Source: Eledone cirrhosa
Taxonomy: Eukaryota
Assembly (NCBI GenBank): GCA_964016885.1
Contig: OZ024740.1
Coordinates: 143,530,001 to 143,594,000 of the forward strand
DNA: 64,000 nucleotides
Reading direction: 5' to 3'
Both the position numbers and the translations under genes were made by a program. Under the pieces are notes generated by a model. The model saw only the letters and a program-made list of their open reading frames with translations, was not told where the DNA came from and ran no database searches. Below are positions 62,744 through 64,000 of the stretch, one piece after another (the first letter of the stretch is position 1; each line of letters opens with the position of its first letter).

Positions 62744-64000
62744 GTAATTGTATTATAAAAATCTTTGATTTTAAAACCAGATGCTATCTTTTCTACTCTG
62801 CTTTCTGCTTCTTTCTCATAGTTAATAATCTTTAGTCACTAAATATATTTCCTCCTTTGAATGGGCAAAATTTCATCTTCAGAGCCCAAAAGACAATAAT
62901 GATTATAAATATGATTGTGATTATAATATTGATTGTAGTAATACAAACTGTTATCTTAAAATATCAATTTGACAAAACTGTAGAAAGTAACTAAAGACTA
63001 TTTAGTAAAAACAAATGTATATATATATATATATATCAGCAGCAGCAGCAGCACTTAACATCTATTTTCCCTACTTTTGAGGATTGAATAGGTCGTTATA
63101 GAATAAGTCAGTACTTAATTGAAGCCAATAGCCTCTCAACAAGTCAGGTATCACATCTCACTTACATACATTCCTGAAATGTACATGTTGTAACAGATGC
63201 ATTTTATCATGGCACCAGCTCTAGAGGGGTTTTTGTACCCTTGATAAAACTGAAGAGGCTTCACAACTCTTTGTTGGCCCAGTTTTCTATGACTGAATAC
63301 CCTTCCTATCACCAACCACCTTATAGAATGTACTGGCTGGTTTTCTCATGTTGCCAACACTAGAGAGGTTTTCATGCCCTTAACACAACTGAAGCGTCCT
63401 CTTGACCCTTTTTTGGTGTGGTTTTTCCAGCTGGACGCCTCTCCTATCACTAACCACCTTACAAAGTGTACTGACTGCATCTTTTGTGGCACCAGCACTA
63501 GGGCAGTAGTCACGGTGTAGTCCTACAGATGGAAGCTCTTCCTAACACTAACCACTTTGATGGGGGAGGTATGAAGGATGATGTATATATGTGCACACAC
63601 ATACATATTACATATATGAATACATGTTCAGAATTCTGTACATTTTTGGAGACACTTGTGATCTGTACATAAGTTGGTATAACATGTGAGTAATGTAGCA
63701 TGTCATCAGGGTCATGGTCCTTGAAAGACTTTCAGTTGTCTCCAATGGTAACATGACACAAGATGATTAAAACTTAAGGATCTGCTGCAATATCTTCCGT
63801 CTTCTTCGTCATTATGTGAGTTAATTTAACACCTGCTTTATCACTATTGAAGATTGAAGACAATGAAACGCATTTAGTCTGAATCCTCACCCTCAACTTT
63901 GCAATCTTTAAAGACCCTACTAGGAGGACAAACCTTCTGATGACATCACTGTCAAGGTCTGATGAACATGCAAGCTTCTCCACCACATCATAGTAGATCT

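Larger units (their letters stand above)
58371..64000 (+). repeat. Segmental/tandem duplication, copy B (matches 1-5416)
   Basis: Co-linear near-identity up to the window edge. Confidence 0.97.

Overview
AT-rich, repeat-dense animal DNA. The SINE, RTE and microsatellite repertoire looks like a coleoid cephalopod (octopus-like); this is an inference. Most long ORFs are decayed transposons: RTE, CRE, CR1, Penelope-like, Ty3/Gypsy, pogo, mariner and Helitron. A six-exon host gene that the ORF track does not assemble lies on the + strand (CDS 2335-2374, 4120-4161, 5544-5792, 8067-8164, 13870-14035, 14490-14659). All introns are GT-AG with matching phases. It gives a 254-aa protein with a signal peptide, an atypical V-type Ig-like domain (no canonical B-F cysteines, but CxxxC), a six-Cys Ig-like domain, a Ser/Thr stalk and a GPI-type C-terminal signal. 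Bases 1-5416 recur almost identically at 58371-64000, including exons 1 and 2, so the gene sits in a recent ~58.4-58.6 kb tandem duplication. Several hammerhead ribozyme motifs are present: one in a ~328-bp retrozyme-like repeat and two in Penelope pseudo-LTRs, one of which abuts a 2-kb array of ~50-bp units.
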